Below the pieces are notes generated by a model, which searched no databases, was not told where the DNA came from, and saw only the letters and a program-made list of their open reading frames with translations. A DNA stretch of 64,000 nt from an uncultured virus (IMG/VR IMGVR_UViG_3300047457_000394). Lineage: Duplodnaviria; Heunggongvirae; Uroviricota; Caudoviricetes. A program made the position numbers and the translations under genes. Position 1 is the first letter of the stretch. The number at the start of each line of letters is the position of its first letter. Below are positions 6,739 to 15,963 of this stretch, piece by piece. The stretch lies in IMG/VR virus record IMGVR_UViG_3300047457_000394, one strand, 5' to 3'.

Positions 6739-9057
6739 ATGATGGCAACGAGCATGATGGACAAAGGCCTGTATCAGGCCCCCACCGGGTTGAGTCCCTT
6801 AGAGGATGAGCCCCTGGAGATTGACATCGTAGAACCCGAGATGGTGACGCTGGCTGACGGCAGTGTAGAGATTACGTTGATCCCTGAGCAGCAGGCCGCA
6901 GGGGGCGAGTTTAATGAAAACTTGGCTGATGTGCTGGATGAAGGTGAGTTGACTAAGCTGGCCTCTGAACTTATCGGGCTGGTGGATGCTGATATTAACG
7001 CACGTAAAGATTGGGCCGATACGTACGTGAAGGGGCTTGAGGTCCTTGGGTTTAAGTACGAAGAAAGAACGGAGCCTTGGGATGATGCGTGTGGTGTGTA
7101 CTCCACACTGCTAGCGGAAGCTGCGATACGGTTCCAAGCAGAGACCATGGCTGAGACGTTCCCGGCGCAGGGGCCTGTGAAGACCAAGATTCTTGGGACT
7201 GTGACTAAAGAGAAAGAGCAAGCGGCTGAGCGCGTCAAAGCGGATATGAACTACCAGCTGACAGAGCGGATGGTTGAGTACCGCAACGAGCATGAACGGA
7301 TGCTGTATAGCTTGGGGCTTGCGGGGTCTGCGTTTAAGAAGGTGTATTACGACCCAAGGCTTGGGCGGCAGGTGTCGATCTATATCCCCGCAGAAGATGT
7401 AATCGTGCCGTATGGCACCTCTCACTTGCAGACTGCTGAGCGCGTGACGCACATCATGCGTAAAACGAAGAATGAGCTTGAGCATCTGCAAGCGGCTGGG
7501 TTTTATAAAGATGTTGACCTTGGTGAGCCGGTGCAGTTTCATACGGACATTGAGAAAAAGAAAGCCGAGGAAGGTGGGTTCACGCTTCAGACCGATGATC
7601 GCTACGCGCTGTATGAAGTGCATGCCGAGTTGAAGATTGAAGGTGTGGACGACGAAGAAGAGTTACCGAAACCCTACGTGGTGACTATCGATAAGGGTAC
7701 GACTAAGGTCTTGGCGATCCGTAGGAACTGGGACCCCACTGATAGCTTGCACCGTCTGCGTCAGCACTTCGTGCACTACGGCTATGTGCCTGGGTTTGGG
7801 TTCTATTGCTTGGGGCTTATTCATATTATTGGCGGGTATGCACGAGCAGGGACCAGCATCATTCGGCAACTCGTTGACGCAGGCACACTGAGTAACCTTC
7901 CTGGAGGTCTTAAAGCACGTGGGCTGCGAATCAAAGGCGATGACACGCCGATTGCGCCGGGTGAGTTTAGGGATGTGGATGTGCCGTCGGGCACGGTGCG
8001 CGACAACATTATGACCCTGCCGTACAAAGAGCCAAGCCAAGTGCTTGCGCAGTTGCTTGAACGAATTACCCAGGAAGGCCGCAGGCTGGGTGCGATATCT
8101 GACATGAATATTAGTGATATGTCAGCGCAGGCTCCGGTGGGTACGACGTTGGCTCTCTTGGAGCGTACTCTCAAGCCGATGACAGCGGTGCAGGCTCGCG
8201 TTCACTTTGCGATGAAGCAAGAGTTCAAGCTTCTAAAAGAGCTTATCGCTGAGTACGCTGATGAGCCGTATGACTACGTGCTTGAAGGTGTTGATCGACG
8301 GGCGCGTAGTGAAGACTATGCGATGGTTGAAGTTATTCCTGTAAGCGATCCCAACGCGAGCACGATGGCGCAGCGGGTTGTGCAGTATCAAGCGGCGTTC
8401 CAGATGGCGCAGAGCGCCCCGCAGATTTATGATCTTCCTTACTTGCATCGACAGATGCTTGAGACGCTGGGTATCAAACAGGCCGACAAGATTGTGCCGA
8501 CGGCTGAAGATCAGAAGCCCCGCGATCCTGTGTCCGAGAACATGGGTGCGCTTACTGGTAAGCCCCTCAAAGCGTTCATCTACCAAGATCACGAAGCACA
8601 CTTGGCGGCGCATCAGTCGTTCATGCAGGACCCGATGATCATGCAGGCGATTGGTCAGAATCCGATGACGCAGCAGATCATGGCATCGCTACAAGCTCAT
8701 ATTGCTGAACACCTTGGGTTTATGTATCGCAAGCAGATTGAAGAGCGTCTGGGTGTGCCGCTACCCCCGCCCGAGGAGCAGTTGCCTGAAGAGGTTGAAG
8801 TTCAGCTTGCACGGTTGGTGGCTGACGCAGGCAAACAGTTGACTCAAATGCACCAGCAGCAGGCTGCGCAACAACAGGCTCAGCAGCAAGCACAAGACCC
8901 GCTGTTTCAGCTCCAGCAAGCGGAGCTTCAGGTTAAGCAAGCTGAGGTGCAGCGCAAAACTGCAAAGGATCAAGCCGATATTGCCATTGATGAGAAGAAA
9001 CTTCAGCTCGAAGGACTGCGGCTGGCTGCGCAGGCTAACAAACCCGTTGGACGATAA
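6739..9057 (+). CDS. Portal protein (P22-like, long Q-rich C-terminal coil)
   Basis: 772 aa directly after TerL; GSAFKKVYYD and GFGFYCLGL motifs; C-terminal coiled coil. Confidence 0.85.
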   Translation: MMATSMMDKGLYQAPTGLSPLEDEPLEIDIVEPEMVTLADGSVEITLIPEQQAAGGEFNENLADVLDEGELTKLASELIGLVDADINARKDWADTYVKGLEVLGFKYEERTEPWDDACGVYSTLLAEAAIRFQAETMAETFPAQGPVKTKILGTVTKEKEQAAERVKADMNYQLTERMVEYRNEHERMLYSLGLAGSAFKKVYYDPRLGRQVSIYIPAEDVIVPYGTSHLQTAERVTHIMRKTKNELEHLQAAGFYKDVDLGEPVQFHTDIEKKKAEEGGFTLQTDDRYALYEVHAELKIEGVDDEEELPKPYVVTIDKGTTKVLAIRRNWDPTDSLHRLRQHFVHYGYVPGFGFYCLGLIHIIGGYARAGTSIIRQLVDAGTLSNLPGGLKARGLRIKGDDTPIAPGEFRDVDVPSGTVRDNIMTLPYKEPSQVLAQLLERITQEGRRLGAISDMNISDMSAQAPVGTTLALLERTLKPMTAVQARVHFAMKQEFKLLKELIAEYADEPYDYVLEGVDRRARSEDYAMVEVIPVSDPNASTMAQRVVQYQAAFQMAQSAPQIYDLPYLHRQMLETLGIKQADKIVPTAEDQKPRDPVSENMGALTGKPLKAFIYQDHEAHLAAHQSFMQDPMIMQAIGQNPMTQQIMASLQAHIAEHLGFMYRKQIEERLGVPLPPPEEQLPEEVEVQLARLVADAGKQLTQMHQQQAAQQQAQQQAQDPLFQLQQAELQVKQAEVQRKTAKDQADIAIDEKKLQLEGLRLAAQANKPVGR

Positions 9058-9059
9058 CC

Positions 9060-9257
9060 ATGGCCAAAACCGTCTTTGACGTGCTGTTTGAAAAAATCGC
9101 TGCCCATAAACAGGCAGTTGCTGACTCGCTTGTATCCGGTGCAGGTAAAGACTATGCCGAATACCGAGAACTGTGTGGCTTGATTCGAGGACTAGAGACC
9201 GCACAGCGTGAAATACAAGACCTCGCGCAAAACTACCTGGATGATACCAATGAGTGA
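9060..9257 (+). CDS. Conserved small phage protein
   Basis: DYAEYRELCGLIRGL motif, typical of ORFs after the portal. Confidence 0.75.
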   Translation: MAKTVFDVLFEKIAAHKQAVADSLVSGAGKDYAEYRELCGLIRGLETAQREIQDLAQNYLDDTNE

Positions 9258-9615
9258 ACCTCAAATCACTGATGCTGATTTTGAAGCTCAGTTGCCCAAA
9301 CCGGTGGGATACCACCTGCTGATTGCGTTGCCGAAGGTTGAAGAAACATTTGAATCAGGGATTGTTAAGGCCGACCAGACCAAGCATGCAGAAACAGTGC
9401 TCTCTATGATGGGCGCGGTGCTGGATATGGGTGACCAAGCCTACTCTGATCCCGAGAGATTTCCGAATGGCCCATGGTGCAAGACTGGCGACTTCGTGAT
9501 GTTTCGCCCCAACTCGGGTACCCGCTTCAAAGTTAATGGCCGTGAATACCGGCTGCTAAACGACGACAGCATTGAAGCGATTGTTGCTGATCCGCGTGGC
9601 GTTACGCGAGCATGA
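9250..9615 (+). CDS. groES: GroES-like co-chaperonin
   Basis: PVGYHLLI, mobile loop ESGIV, GDFVMF, YRLLNDDSIEAIV. Confidence 0.85.
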   Translation: MSEPQITDADFEAQLPKPVGYHLLIALPKVEETFESGIVKADQTKHAETVLSMMGAVLDMGDQAYSDPERFPNGPWCKTGDFVMFRPNSGTRFKVNGREYRLLNDDSIEAIVADPRGVTRA

Positions 9616-9623
9616 GGTGAAAT

Positions 9624-10673
9624 ATGCCATTCCAAAAAGTTGAGTTTGAGTTTCCCGACCCCGACAAGCCCGAAGAAAAGGGCACTGTCGAAGTGGAAGT
9701 AAGCTCGGCTGAAAACGTCTTAGACGTTGAGCCAAAAGAAAAACCCAAGGCTGAGCCCGCACCGGCCCCAGCGCCTGAAGCTAAAGCTGCTGAGGTTGAA
9801 ATTGAGGTGGTGGACGATACGCCACCCAAAGACCGTGGGCGAAAACCAACTGAGCCTCCCTCGGAGGTGACAGATTCTGAACTGGAAGAGTATTCAGATA
9901 AAGTCCAGAAGCGCATCAAGCAGTTCTCCAAGGGCTATCACGACGAGCGCAGACGGGCTGAGTCCGCACAGCGAGAGCGTGAAGAAGCTATTCGCCTAGC
10001 GCAAAAGCTTATTGAGGAGAATAAGCGGCTACAAGAGGCACAAACCAAAAGCCATGCGGCACTGCTTGAACAAGCCAAAGCACGGACTGCAGCGGAGTTG
10101 GAACAGGCTAAACGAGCTTATAAAGAGGCTTATGAGTCAGGTGATGCCGATAAGGTTGTTGCTGCCCAAGAAGCGCTGACCACTGCCAAGATTCGTGCAG
10201 ATAAAGTGGCTAACTTTAAACCAGCCGCTTTACAACCTGCTAAAACTGTTGTACAAACCGAATCTGAACCTACACCCGCCCCAGCACCGGTTGTTGATCA
10301 AAGGGCCGTGGAGTGGCAAAAAGCCAATTCATGGTTTGGCGATGATGACGAAATGACGAGCTTTGCGCTGGGGTTGCACCAGAAGCTTGTCAAAGAAGGC
10401 GTCGATACTCGAAGCGACGAATACTACGAGCGGATTAACCGCCGTATGCGCGAAGTCTTCCCACAGCAGTTTGAAGACGACGAAGAAGTACCTACTAAAC
10501 CGGCCACCAAGCCGAGCAAAAAAGCCAACGTCGTAGCCCCCGCTACGCGCAGTACCGCCCCTAAAAAGGTTGTGCTAACGCAAACCCAAGTAGCACTTGC
10601 GAAACGGTTGGGTGTTCCGTTGGAACTTTACGCCCAAAAGGTTGCTGAACAAATGAGGAATCAAAATGGCTGA
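9624..10673 (+). CDS. Putative capsid scaffolding protein
   Basis: Acidic N-terminus, long coiled coil, positioned before the capsid genes. Confidence 0.6.
   Translation: MPFQKVEFEFPDPDKPEEKGTVEVEVSSAENVLDVEPKEKPKAEPAPAPAPEAKAAEVEIEVVDDTPPKDRGRKPTEPPSEVTDSELEEYSDKVQKRIKQFSKGYHDERRRAESAQREREEAIRLAQKLIEENKRLQEAQTKSHAALLEQAKARTAAELEQAKRAYKEAYESGDADKVVAAQEALTTAKIRADKVANFKPAALQPAKTVVQTESEPTPAPAPVVDQRAVEWQKANSWFGDDDEMTSFALGLHQKLVKEGVDTRSDEYYERINRRMREVFPQQFEDDEEVPTKPATKPSKKANVVAPATRSTAPKKVVLTQTQVALAKRLGVPLELYAQKVAEQMRNQNG
10229..10257 (+). promoter_or_regulatory. Possible internal promoter for capsid genes
   Basis: TTTACA, 17 bp spacer, TACAAA in a locally AT-rich patch of the scaffold gene. Confidence 0.35.
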
Positions 10674-11115
10674 GAACCGCACTGATCGTGAATTGACCAC
10701 CCGTGACCGCACTGCCCGCCGCAAGTCTTGGGCTCGTCCTGAGCTGCTGCCAACTCCGAACCCGGAGCCTGGGTATGAGTTTCATTGGGTACGTGTCAGT
10801 ACCATGGGTCAGGCTGATCCCATGAATGTCTCCTCAAAACTTCGTGAAGGTTGGGAACCTGTTAAAGCTTCTGATCATCCAGAGATTGTTACGATGGGCG
10901 TTGAAAATGATCGCTTCAAAGATAACATCGTCATTGGTGGTTTGATGCTGTGCAAGACCCCGACCGAATTTGTTGAAGACCGCAATCAATACTTCCAGCA
11001 GCAAGCTGATGCACAAATGAATGCGGTTGACAATAACTTTATGCGCGAGAATGACCCGCGTATGCCGCTCTTTAGGGAGCGTAGTACCAAGGTCACTTTC
11101 GGTTCAGGTTCATAA
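10666..11115 (+). CDS. Conserved head-module protein
   Basis: WVRVS...KLREGWEPV...GGLMLCK; GAGGA RBS. Confidence 0.8.
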   Translation: MAENRTDRELTTRDRTARRKSWARPELLPTPNPEPGYEFHWVRVSTMGQADPMNVSSKLREGWEPVKASDHPEIVTMGVENDRFKDNIVIGGLMLCKTPTEFVEDRNQYFQQQADAQMNAVDNNFMRENDPRMPLFRERSTKVTFGSGS

Positions 11116-11129
11116 TTTAGGAGTCTCAA

Positions 11130-11960
11130 ATGGCTTACCCCACTGTTGACAAGCCCTACGGGCTAAAGCCGATCAATTTGATCGGTGGTCAGGTGTTCGC
11201 GGGCTCTACGCGGATGTACAACATCACCTACGCGTACGCTACGGACATTTTCTACGGCGACTTCGTCGCCCTCGTGCGTGGCAATCTGGAGCGCATCAGT
11301 GTTACCGCAGGCGCTGCTGGTACTCTGGTCGGCATCTTCCTGGGTTGTTCGTACACTAACCCCACGACCAAGCAGAAGCAATTCTCGCAGTATTGGCCCG
11401 CTTCCACGGCGGCTGGTGATGCGGTTGCGTATGTTTGCGATGATCCTGATACGGTCTTCCAAGCGGCTATCTGTTCGTCTGGTACCACGATTGCCTCTGG
11501 CGCTCGTGCCTTGATTGGCCAGAACCTTGAGTGCTTGAATAACTCTGGTGATGCCAATACTGGCAACTCGCGTAACGCTCTCCTGGCTCCGACCGACACC
11601 CCGTTGACGACCGCCACGTTCCCGATCCGTGTGATTGGTGTTGTGCCTGAGACCGCTGTGTCGCTAGGTACCGCGACGTTCACCAGCATTGCTACCGCAA
11701 CGATTACCTGCTCGGCGCTTCCGTTTGCGCTGCCTGTAGGTACTGATGTAGGCTCGATTGCTTCGAACGGCCAGTACATCCCCTCGGGTTCGTTTGTGGA
11801 CACCGCTGCCGCTGCTGGTGCGACGACTGTTGTTCTGAATCAAGCGCCGGTTGCTGCGTTCGCTTCTAGCGCGACGTTGGTGTTTACTCAGTACCCCGAG
11901 CTGTTGGTTAAGCTCAACTTTGGCCAGCATGAGTATTACGCTGGTCTCGCTACGGCCTAA
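11130..11960 (+). CDS. Putative capsid decoration/minor head protein
   Basis: AGGAG RBS, strong codon bias, directly before the capsid gene. Confidence 0.65.
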   Translation: MAYPTVDKPYGLKPINLIGGQVFAGSTRMYNITYAYATDIFYGDFVALVRGNLERISVTAGAAGTLVGIFLGCSYTNPTTKQKQFSQYWPASTAAGDAVAYVCDDPDTVFQAAICSSGTTIASGARALIGQNLECLNNSGDANTGNSRNALLAPTDTPLTTATFPIRVIGVVPETAVSLGTATFTSIATATITCSALPFALPVGTDVGSIASNGQYIPSGSFVDTAAAAGATTVVLNQAPVAAFASSATLVFTQYPELLVKLNFGQHEYYAGLATA

Positions 11961-11972
11961 AGGAGTTAAATC

Positions 11973-12881
11973 ATGGCTATTTCACGTGCCCAACTACTGA
12001 AAGAACTCCTCCCAGGGCTTAATGCGCTGTTCGGTATGGAGTACAAGCGTTACGGCGAAGAGCACAAAGAGATTTTCGAAACCGAAACCTCTGAGCGTTC
12101 GTTCGAAGAGGAAACCAAACTGTCTGGCTTCTCCGCCGCTCCGGTGAAGAACGAGGGCAGCGCGATTGCCTACGATAACGCGCAAGAAGCTTGGACCGCT
12201 CGCTACAACCACGAAACCATTGCGATGGGTTTCTCGCTGACCGAAGAGGCCATCGAGGATAACCTGTACGACAGTCTGTCGTCCCGGTATACCAAAGCTC
12301 TGGCTCGTGCTATGGCGTACACCAAGCAAGTCAAAGCTGCGTCTATCCTGAACAACGGTTTTAGCTCCGCTGTGACCTACGGCGACGGCCAAGCTCTGTT
12401 CTCGACGGCGCATCCTCTGGTGTCTGGTGGTACCAACAGCAACCGTCCTGCGGTTGCCGCTGACCTGAATGAAACCTCCCTTGAGGCGGCTGTTATTCAG
12501 ATCGCTGGTTGGACCGATGAGCGTGGCTTGCTGATCGCTGCTAAGCCCCGCAAGCTGGTTGTGCCTCCGGCACTGATGTTCGTTGCAACCCGTCTGTTGG
12601 AGACTGAACTCCGCGTGGCGACCGCTGACAACGACATCAACGCGCTGAAGAACAACGGCTCCATCCCTGAAGGCTATACGGTTAATCACTATTTGACCGA
12701 TACCAATGCTTGGTTCCTCTTGACGGACGTTCCTAACGGGCTCAAGCACTTCGTGCGTACGCCTCTGCAGACTTCCATGGATGCGGACTTTGACACAGGT
12801 AACTCAAGGTACAAGAGCCGCGAAAGGTACAGCTTCGGCGTCTCTGATCCGTTGGGCGCATATGGCTCACCGGGCGCGTAA
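11973..12881 (+). CDS. Major capsid protein (Mu gpT-like family)
   Basis: MAISRAQLLKELLPGLNALFG N-terminus and DFDTGN..YK.RERYSFG C-terminus; AAGGAG RBS; followed by a terminator. Confidence 0.9.
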   Translation: MAISRAQLLKELLPGLNALFGMEYKRYGEEHKEIFETETSERSFEEETKLSGFSAAPVKNEGSAIAYDNAQEAWTARYNHETIAMGFSLTEEAIEDNLYDSLSSRYTKALARAMAYTKQVKAASILNNGFSSAVTYGDGQALFSTAHPLVSGGTNSNRPAVAADLNETSLEAAVIQIAGWTDERGLLIAAKPRKLVVPPALMFVATRLLETELRVATADNDINALKNNGSIPEGYTVNHYLTDTNAWFLLTDVPNGLKHFVRTPLQTSMDADFDTGNSRYKSRERYSFGVSDPLGAYGSPGA

Positions 12882-12890
12882 ACGCAAGTA

Positions 12891-12903
12891 AATCAAGCAC
12901 TTA
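12891..12903 (+). promoter_or_regulatory. IHF-consensus site AATCAAGCACTTA
   Basis: Exact match to WATCAANNNNTTR; part of inverted repeat 12891-12911. Confidence 0.4.
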
Positions 12904-12914
12904 GCTTGATTGAG

Positions 12915-12937
12915 AGGGGCCTTCGGGCCCCTTTTTT
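12915..12937 (+). terminator. Rho-independent terminator after the capsid gene
   Basis: AGGGGCC-TTCG-GGCCCCT followed by a T-run. Confidence 0.9.
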
Positions 12938-12955
12938 ACGTGGTTTAATCACTAC

Positions 12956-12984
12956 TTGACACCCTCTTCTCATATCCGTAAGAT
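12956..12984 (+). promoter_or_regulatory. sigma70-type promoter for the homing endonuclease
   Basis: TTGACA, 17 bp spacer, TAAGAT. Confidence 0.7.
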
Positions 12985-13016
12985 AGTGACATTCGATCAC
13001 TACAGGGGGCTCCAAA

Positions 13017-14468
13017 ATGCCACGGAACATGACAGCACGGCAGAATGCAATTGCCGCAGGATGTAAGACCTACGAGACTGGTATCCCTTGCAAGCAAGGG
13101 CACTTAGCCCCCAGAGCTACGTTAACTGGCACTTGCGTTGAGTGCACAAGGTTGGCGTCCCTTGCGTGGTTGGCTAAGAATCCGAATAAAGCGGCGGCGT
13201 ACACGTCGGCGTATAGAACTCGGAACCCGGAGCTTGTACGTGTTAAAGACCGGGAGGCAAAACAAGCGTTAAGAAAACACCAGCCAGAAAAAATGCGGGA
13301 GGCTAACAAACGTGCTTACGTTAAGCGCGTTACGGCTGAAGGTCGAGAAGTCCACCCTAACGGAGTGTTCCCGATTGCTGGGTTTTTATCACGCCTTGCG
13401 GATGTTCATGGGGGCGCTGTTCAGTACGTAAGTGGGTATACAAAAATATCTGCGAATGCCGAGTTCAAGTGCGTCACACATGGTGCCCACTTCATATCTA
13501 CACCCCATGCGGTCTTACGTGGAGCCAACCCATGTACACGGTGCAATCACACGAAGTCTTCGGGCGAAGAGGAAGTCGCACAGTTTTTAGAGACGTTTAC
13601 CACGGTCGTACGCCGCGACCGTACTTTGGTGAAGCCGAAAGAGCTAGACATCTACGTACCGGGTGCACAACTTGCGGTGGAATACTGCGGGGAGTTTTAT
13701 CATAGCCACGCAACTGCCGCTGATGAGCAGGCCAACAAAAGTAAACATGCGCAAAAGTACCAAGCTTGCCGCGATAAAGGTGTACACCTGATTACGCTCT
13801 ATGAGTCTGAGTGGAAAGCCCGTAAACCCGCTATCAAGCGGCTACTGCGTTACGCTGTGGGCGCAGGTCGTGGGAGTCTAATGGCGCGTAAGTGTGACGT
13901 ATCTCGGGTTAGTAGTGATGAAGCCCGTCAGTTTTACGAGCGGTACCACGTCCAAGGCGGCAACGGCGCTGGTGAGCACTATGGCCTCTATTGGAACGGT
14001 AAGCTTGTTGCGTGTATGCGGTTCACTTATGGGGCGAATGACCGAGGGCCGCATGCGTCACGGAGTTGGACGCTTTCACGATATGCCACACGTGTAACTG
14101 TGCAGGGCGGCGCGTCTCGCCTGTTTAAAGCGTTTTTGGCTGACTACCAACCAACAGAAGTCAAATCGTTTTCTGATAACCGGTTTTTTGATGGCAGCAT
14201 GTATGAAAAGCTTGGGTTTGAGCTGGAACGAGAACTTGCACCCGACTATGCTGTCTGGAGCCCTAAGCTTGGGTTGCTTCTTAAGACACAGTACCAACGG
14301 AAGTTCATCCAAAAGCGGCTAGAAGAGCACGGCCTCGCGTATATTTTTGACGCTGATACAGACCCCCGTACTGAAGCAGAGATGACCTACTTGATGGGGG
14401 CGCGGCGCATTTTTGACTGCGGTAAGAGGCGGTGGGTCTGGAGGCTTGACACCCCCCAAACAACCTGA
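13017..14468 (+). CDS. Free-standing Hef-like homing endonuclease
   Basis: N-terminal Cys/His motifs; KELDIY...AVEYCGEFYHS Vsr/DUF559-like core; C-terminal GGASRLFKAF...SFSDNR...RIFDCG domain. Confidence 0.8.
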   Translation: MPRNMTARQNAIAAGCKTYETGIPCKQGHLAPRATLTGTCVECTRLASLAWLAKNPNKAAAYTSAYRTRNPELVRVKDREAKQALRKHQPEKMREANKRAYVKRVTAEGREVHPNGVFPIAGFLSRLADVHGGAVQYVSGYTKISANAEFKCVTHGAHFISTPHAVLRGANPCTRCNHTKSSGEEEVAQFLETFTTVVRRDRTLVKPKELDIYVPGAQLAVEYCGEFYHSHATAADEQANKSKHAQKYQACRDKGVHLITLYESEWKARKPAIKRLLRYAVGAGRGSLMARKCDVSRVSSDEARQFYERYHVQGGNGAGEHYGLYWNGKLVACMRFTYGANDRGPHASRSWTLSRYATRVTVQGGASRLFKAFLADYQPTEVKSFSDNRFFDGSMYEKLGFELERELAPDYAVWSPKLGLLLKTQYQRKFIQKRLEEHGLAYIFDADTDPRTEAEMTYLMGARRIFDCGKRRWVWRLDTPQTT

Positions 14469-14474
14469 TACAAC
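14446..14474 (+). promoter_or_regulatory. Promoter in the 3' end of the endonuclease gene
   Basis: TTGACA, 17 bp spacer, TACAAC with extended TGn. Confidence 0.6.
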
Positions 14475-14483
14475 ACTACTATT

Positions 14484-14552
14484 CCGGGGTTACCGGTATT
14501 GCAGACAGTCCCGGCTGACGACATGCAGGCTGCAGTACCGAAAATCGCATGT
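14484..14552 (+). ncRNA. Double-pseudoknot RNA element; possibly the Mu-gpT-DE motif
   Basis: P1 14484-89/14509-14, P2 14494-504/14530-40, P3 14521-26/14547-52, interleaved; P3 abuts the SD of the next gene. Confidence 0.6.
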
Positions 14553-14560
14553 GAGAGATC

Positions 14561-15091
14561 ATGGCCAACACTACATTCAGCGGGCCGGTACGGTCCCAAA
14601 ACGGTTTCCAAACCGTTACCATCAATTCGTCTACCGGTGCTGTTACTACGGCTGCGGTGTCCATGGGTGTTTCTGGGATTGTTGCAACCCCGGTGGCTCT
14701 GGCTGATGGTAATGCAACGATGACCGCTGCAACTAACGGCGGCGGTGTAATCAACATCGTTCCCAACGGTACCCAAGACAACACCTACACGCTGCCTGCC
14801 CCGGTGGCGGGTCAGTCGTTCACGTTTGTGTACGGCGGCGGTGCTGCGGATGCGACGGACTTCATCATCAACACGGGTTCGAACACCAACTACTTTATTG
14901 GCGGTGTGGCGTTCCACGATACGGATGATGGTGCTGTGTCGGTTGTGTACTCGGACGGCAACTCCAACAGCAAAATTCAGGTCAATGTGCCTGCTGCCGC
15001 GCAGATCACTGTGATTGCCAAAGACGGTACGAACTGGCAAATCTTCGGTACGGTTGTTGGTGCGACTGCCCCTGCGTTTGCCGACCAGTAA
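14561..15091 (+). CDS. Putative virion structural protein
   Basis: MANTTFSGPVRSQNGF N-terminus; G/T/A-rich beta character. Confidence 0.75.
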   Translation: MANTTFSGPVRSQNGFQTVTINSSTGAVTTAAVSMGVSGIVATPVALADGNATMTAATNGGGVINIVPNGTQDNTYTLPAPVAGQSFTFVYGGGAADATDFIINTGSNTNYFIGGVAFHDTDDGAVSVVYSDGNSNSKIQVNVPAAAQITVIAKDGTNWQIFGTVVGATAPAFADQ

Positions 15092-15103
15092 TAGGAGGCA
15101 CTC

Positions 15104-15703
15104 ATGGCCTCTATGCAATATGATGTCTGGGCGGTAACCCCCGCCACAGACGATGCGTACTACCGGGCAAATGCCTCGATTGCGGATGCAGGTTCACTGT
15201 CTCTGCTTGAGAACACCGTCGGCCCTAACGGGTATGGGTATAAGGTCATCATCACGTCGGCAGGTGATGACTCAGGTATCACGTTCACGATCACGGGCAT
15301 CAAGGTTGGTGATTTGACCAACACCGTTGTGAGTGAAACTTTGACTGGACCCAATGCCACGACGGTAACCTCCAACAACTTCTACGCACGGGTTGATTCA
15401 ATCACGGCAAGCGGGGCTTCGGCGGGTAACGTCAAGATCGGAACAACAGGTAGCCTTGCGCTGCCTCGCACCCGCATCAAAGGTCTGTACTACGTGGGCA
15501 CTGGCAGTGCTGGATCAGTCAAGTTCAACACCAATGGGCTTGCGCGTAACCTGAAACTGCAGGTTAATACTCCGGCATCGGCCACGTCAGTCAATAGTTT
15601 GTACATGGCGGCAGAGGGGATTATCACTACCCTTAGTGGTAAAGACGACTTCTGCGTTGTCACGCTGACAAACGTGACCTACTGCACCATCATCTGCGGG
15701 TAG
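15104..15703 (+). CDS. Putative virion structural protein
   Basis: AGGAGG RBS; beta-rich. Confidence 0.75.
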   Translation: MASMQYDVWAVTPATDDAYYRANASIADAGSLSLLENTVGPNGYGYKVIITSAGDDSGITFTITGIKVGDLTNTVVSETLTGPNATTVTSNNFYARVDSITASGASAGNVKIGTTGSLALPRTRIKGLYYVGTGSAGSVKFNTNGLARNLKLQVNTPASATSVNSLYMAAEGIITTLSGKDDFCVVTLTNVTYCTIICG

Positions 15704-15706
15704 ATC

Positions 15707-15961
15707 ATGGCTAAGACACCTGCTTGGCAGCGCAAAGAGGGGAAAAATCCTGAAGGCGGGCTCAATGCCAAGGGGCGGGCGTCGTACAACAGGGCTAACC
15801 CTGGGAAACCGGGGCTTAAGGCTCCTCAACCGGAAGGTGGTGCTCGGCGTGATTCATTCTGTGCCCGGATGAAAGGGATGAAGAAGAAGCTCACGTCTGA
15901 GAAAACTGCTAAAGACCCAAACAGTCGTATCAATAAAAGTTTGAGAGCATGGAAGTGCTAA
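15707..15961 (+). CDS. Small basic conserved phage protein
   Basis: AWQRKEGKNP.GGLNAKGRAS...SFCARM...SLRAWKC. Confidence 0.8.
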   Translation: MAKTPAWQRKEGKNPEGGLNAKGRASYNRANPGKPGLKAPQPEGGARRDSFCARMKGMKKKLTSEKTAKDPNSRINKSLRAWKC

Positions 15962-15963
15962 CC

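Noticed and set aside
11994..12749. Long antisense ORF over the capsid gene (similar cases at 14387-15118 and 19184-19876)
   Set aside because: Expected shadow of strong codon bias; no RBS or protein-like motifs
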